64,000 nt of DNA, taken from the NCBI GenBank assembly GCA_951406725.2, contig OX597816.1, forward strand, positions 176,204,001 to 176,268,000, read 5' to 3'. Made by a program: the position numbers and the translations under genes. The notes beneath the pieces are model-generated. The model had not been told where the DNA came from, did no database searches, and saw only the letters and a program-made list of their open reading frames with translations. Position 1 is the first letter of the stretch; every line of letters starts with the position of its first letter. This DNA comes from Octopus vulgaris. Taxonomy: Eukaryota. Shown here piece after piece: positions 60,588 to 64,000 of the stretch.

Positions 60588-61681
60588 GTGTGACAGTCAA
60601 ATAGTGTGGTTGTTGAAACTCTCTGCTGGTAAGTAAGTAACAGGCTGTGCTAACTTGTGATTTTATAGCATTTGTTTTGTACTATCGTGTATATTTCTTT
60701 TTATTTTGTACACCATAATTATTACTATGTTTTTTTTTTTTCAGATAGGCGCAGGAGTGGCTGTGTGGTAAGTAGCTTGCTAACCAACCACATGGTTCCG
60801 GGTTCAGTCCCACTACGTAGCACCTTGGGCAAGTGTCTTCTGCTATAGCTCCGGGCCGACCAATGCCTTGTGAGTGGATTTGGTAGACGGAAACTGAAAG
60901 AAGCCTGTCGTATATATGTATATATATATATGTGTATGTGTGTGTGTGTGTCTGTGTTTGTCCCCCTAGCATTGCTTGACAACCGATGCCGGTGTGTTTA
61001 CATCCCCGTCACTTAGCGGTTCGGCAAAGGAGACCGATAGAATAAGTACTGGGCTTGCAAAGAATAAGTCCCGGGGTCGATTTGCTCGACTAAAGGTGGT
61101 GCTCCAGCATGGCCGCAGTCAAATGACTGAAACAAGTAAAAGAGTAAAAGAGTATATTGTAAGGTAATTAAAATGCAATCAAATAGACATGCTTGTGTAA
61201 ATCAACCAGACAACCGTTGCTGTATCTAAGGACAATATACACTTAAGACACAATGTAAAGACATAACAACAAAGATTAAACTTGGCTACAAGTATTATTT
61301 TAACTGGGAGTTAGGAGAGCAAAAGCAGGACTGGACAGCACATATTTGCTGTGCCTATTGCAATGCAATGTTAATAGCTTAGACGAATAGTAAAAAAAAA
61401 AAAAGCTATGCTGTTCTCAGTCCCTATAGTTTAGTGTGGGCTAGAAAATCATTTCAGTGATTGTTATTTTTGTTGGACCAAGATTGCTGGTTTCACAAAG
61501 AAAAACAAAAAAAAAAATCATGGCTGTGTGGTAAGTAGCTTGTTTACCAACCACATGGTTCCGGGTTCAGTCCCACTGTGTGGCACCTTGGGTAAGTGTC
61601 TTCTATTATAGCCTCGGGCCGACCAAAGCCTTGTGAGTGGATTTGGTAGACGGAAACTGAAAGAAGCCTGTCGTATATATG

Positions 61682-61714
<33 letters not shown>

Positions 61715-61884
61715 TTGTGTGTCTGTGTTTGTCCCCCTAGCATTGCTTGACAACCAATGCTGGTGTGCTTATGTCCCTGTTACTTAGCGGTTCGGCAAAA
61801 GAGACCGATAGAATAAGTCCCAGGTTCGAGTTGCTCGACTGAAGGCGGTGCTCCAGCTTGGCCGCAGTCAAATGACTGAAACAA

Positions 61885-64000
61885 GTAAAAGAGTAAAGAG
61901 TAAAAGAGTAAAGAGTAAAAGAGTAAAGAGTAAAGAGTAAAGAGTAAAAGAGTAAAAGAGTAAAAGAGTAAAGAGTAAAAGAGTAAAGAGTAAAGAGTAA
62001 AGAGTAAAAGAGTAAAAGAGTAAAAGAGTAAAGAGTAAAAGAGTAAAGAGTAAAGAGTAAAAGAGTAAAAGAGTAAAGAGTAAAGAGTAAAGAGTAAAAG
62101 AGTAAAGAGTAAAAGAGTAAAGAGTAAAGAGTAAAGAGTAAAAGAGTAAAGAGTAAAAGAGTAAAGAGTAAAGAGTAAAGAGTAAAAGAGTAAAAGAGTA
62201 AAAGAGTAAAAGAGTAAAGAGTAAAGAGTAAAAGAGTAAAAGAGTAAAGAGTAAAGAGTAAAGAGTAAAGAGTAAAAGAGTAAAGAGTAAAAGAGTAAAG
62301 AGTAAAGAGTAAAGAGTAATAGAGTAAAAGAGTAAAGAGTAAAAGAGTAAAGAGTAAAGAGTAAAGAGTAAAAGAGTAAAAGAGTAAAAGAGTAAAGAGT
62401 AAAGAGTAAAGAGTAAAAGAGTAAAAGAGTAAAAGAGTAAAGAGTAAAGAGTAAAAGAGTAAAGAGTAAAGAGTAAAAAGTAAAGAGTAAAGAGTAAAGA
62501 GTAAAGAGTAAAGAGTAAAGAGTAAAGAGTAAAGAGTAAAGAGTAAAGAGTAAAGAGTAAAGAGTAAAAGAGTAAAAAGAGTAAAGAGTAAAGAGTAAAA
62601 GAGTAAAGAGTAAAGAGTAAAAGAGTAAAAGAGTAAAGAGTAAAGAGTAAAAGAGTAAAAGAGTAAAGAGTAAAGAGTAAAAGAGTAAAGAGTAAAGAGT
62701 AAAAAGAGTAAAGAGTAAAAGAGTAAAGAGTAAAAGAGTAAAAGAGTAAAAGAGTAAAGAGTAAAGAGTAAAGAGTAAAAGAGTAAAGAGTAAAGAGTAA
62801 AAGAGTAAAGAGTAAAGAGTAAAAGAGTAAAAGAGTAAAGAGTAAAGAGTAAAGAGTAAAAGAGTAAAAGAGTAAAAGAGTAAAAGAGTAAAGAGTAAAA
62901 GAGTAAAGAGTAAAGAGTAAAAGAGTAAAGAGTAAAGAGTAAAAGAGTAAAGAGTAAAGAGTAAAAGAGTAAAAGAGTAAAGAGTAAAAGAGTAAAGAGT
63001 AAAGAGTAAAAGAGTAAAGAGTAAAAGAGTAAAAGAGTAAAGAGTAAAGAGTAAAGAGTAAAAGAGTAAAGAGTAAAGAGTAAAAGAGTAAAGAGTAAAG
63101 AGTAAAAGAGTAAAGAGTAAAGAGTAAAAGAGTAAAGAGTAAAAGAGTAAAGAGTAAAAGAGTAAAAGAGTAAAGAGTAAAGAGTAAAAGAGTAAAAGAG
63201 TAAAGAGTAAAAGAGTAAAGAGTAAAAGAGTAAAAGAGTAAAGAGTAAAGAGTAAAAGAGTAAAGAGTAAAGAGTAAAGAGTAAAAGAGTAAAAGAGTAA
63301 AGAGTAAAAGAGTAAAAGAGTAAAGAGTAAAGAGTAAAGAGTAAAAGAGTAAAAGAGTAAAAGAGTAAAGAGTAAAGAGTAAAGAGTAAAAGAGTAAAGA
63401 GTAAAAGAGTAAAGAGTAAAGAGTAAAAGAGTAAAAGAGTAAAGAGTAAAAGAGTAAAGAGTAAAGAGTAAAAGAGTAAAGAGTAAAAGAGTAAAAGAGT
63501 AAAAGAGTAAAAGAGTAAAGAGTAAAGAGTAAAAGAGTAAAGAGTAAAAGAGTAAAAGAGTAAAAGAGTAAAGAGTAAAAGAGTAAAGAGTAAAGAGTAA
63601 AAGAGTAAAAGAGTAAAGAGTAAAAGAGTAAAGAGTAAAAGAGTAAAAGAGTAAAGAGTAAAGAGTAAAGAGTAAAGAGTAAAGAGTAAAGAGTAAAAGA
63701 GTAAAAGAGTAAAAGAGTAAAGAGTAAAGAGTAAAAGAGTAAAAGAGTAAAAGAGTAAAAGAGTAAAGAGTAAAAGAGTAAAAGAGTAAAGAGTAAAAGA
63801 GTAAAGAGTAAAGAGTAAAAGAGTAAAAGAGTAAAGAGTAAAGAGTAAAAGAGTAAAGAGTAAAAGAGTAAAGAGTAAAAGAGTAAAGAGTAAAAGAGTA
63901 AAAGAGTAAAAGAGTAAAGAGTAAAAGAGTAAAGAGTAAAAGAGTAAAGAGTAAAGAGTAAAGAGTAAAAGAGTAAAAGAGTAAAGAGTAAAAGAGTAAA
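61885..64000 (+). repeat. GAGTAAA / GAGTAAAA mixed 7/8-bp tandem array running off the window end
   Basis: Directly continues the 3' tail of the SINE at 61520-61900. Confidence 0.97.

Noticed and set aside
61885-64000. telomeric repeat
   Set aside because: It is not TTAGGG-like, and it is the direct continuation of a SINE tail found in short form at other copies.

Overview
This is AT-rich, transposon-saturated animal genomic DNA. The SINE and LINE repertoire and the (TA)n/(CA)n load point to an octopod cephalopod (Octopus-like), which is an inference. One host gene is supportable: the last four coding exons of a BAP18/C17orf49 orthologue (SANT-domain chromatin-complex subunit; + strand; 14276-14377, 21071-21213, 28344-28442, 31611-31633). 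All junctions are GT-AG and phase-consistent; its 5' exon(s) were not found and probably lie upstream of the window. The rest is mobile DNA: three tRNA-headed SINE families, many RTE-clade LINE copies and tails, HERO-, R4- and CR1-like remnants, two Penelope-like GIY-YIG remnants, a full-length decayed Tc1, a deleted mariner, piggyBac/hAT MITEs, Helitron pieces and a two-LTR Ty3/Gypsy element. There is also a 64 x 42-bp minisatellite and a >2.1-kb GAGTAAA(A) array grown from a SINE tail. The most striking unannotated signal is a set of minimal type-I hammerhead ribozyme motifs, two of them directly downstream of the Penelope GIY-YIG remnants. Together they show all four Watson-Crick versions of the catalytic 3-8 pair (C3-G8, U3-A8, A3-U8, G3-C8), so a canonical CUGANGA search would miss most of them. 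There is no CRISPR array, rRNA or true tRNA gene. All alignments and folds were done by eye; repeat boundaries are approximate unless TIRs or TSDs are quoted.
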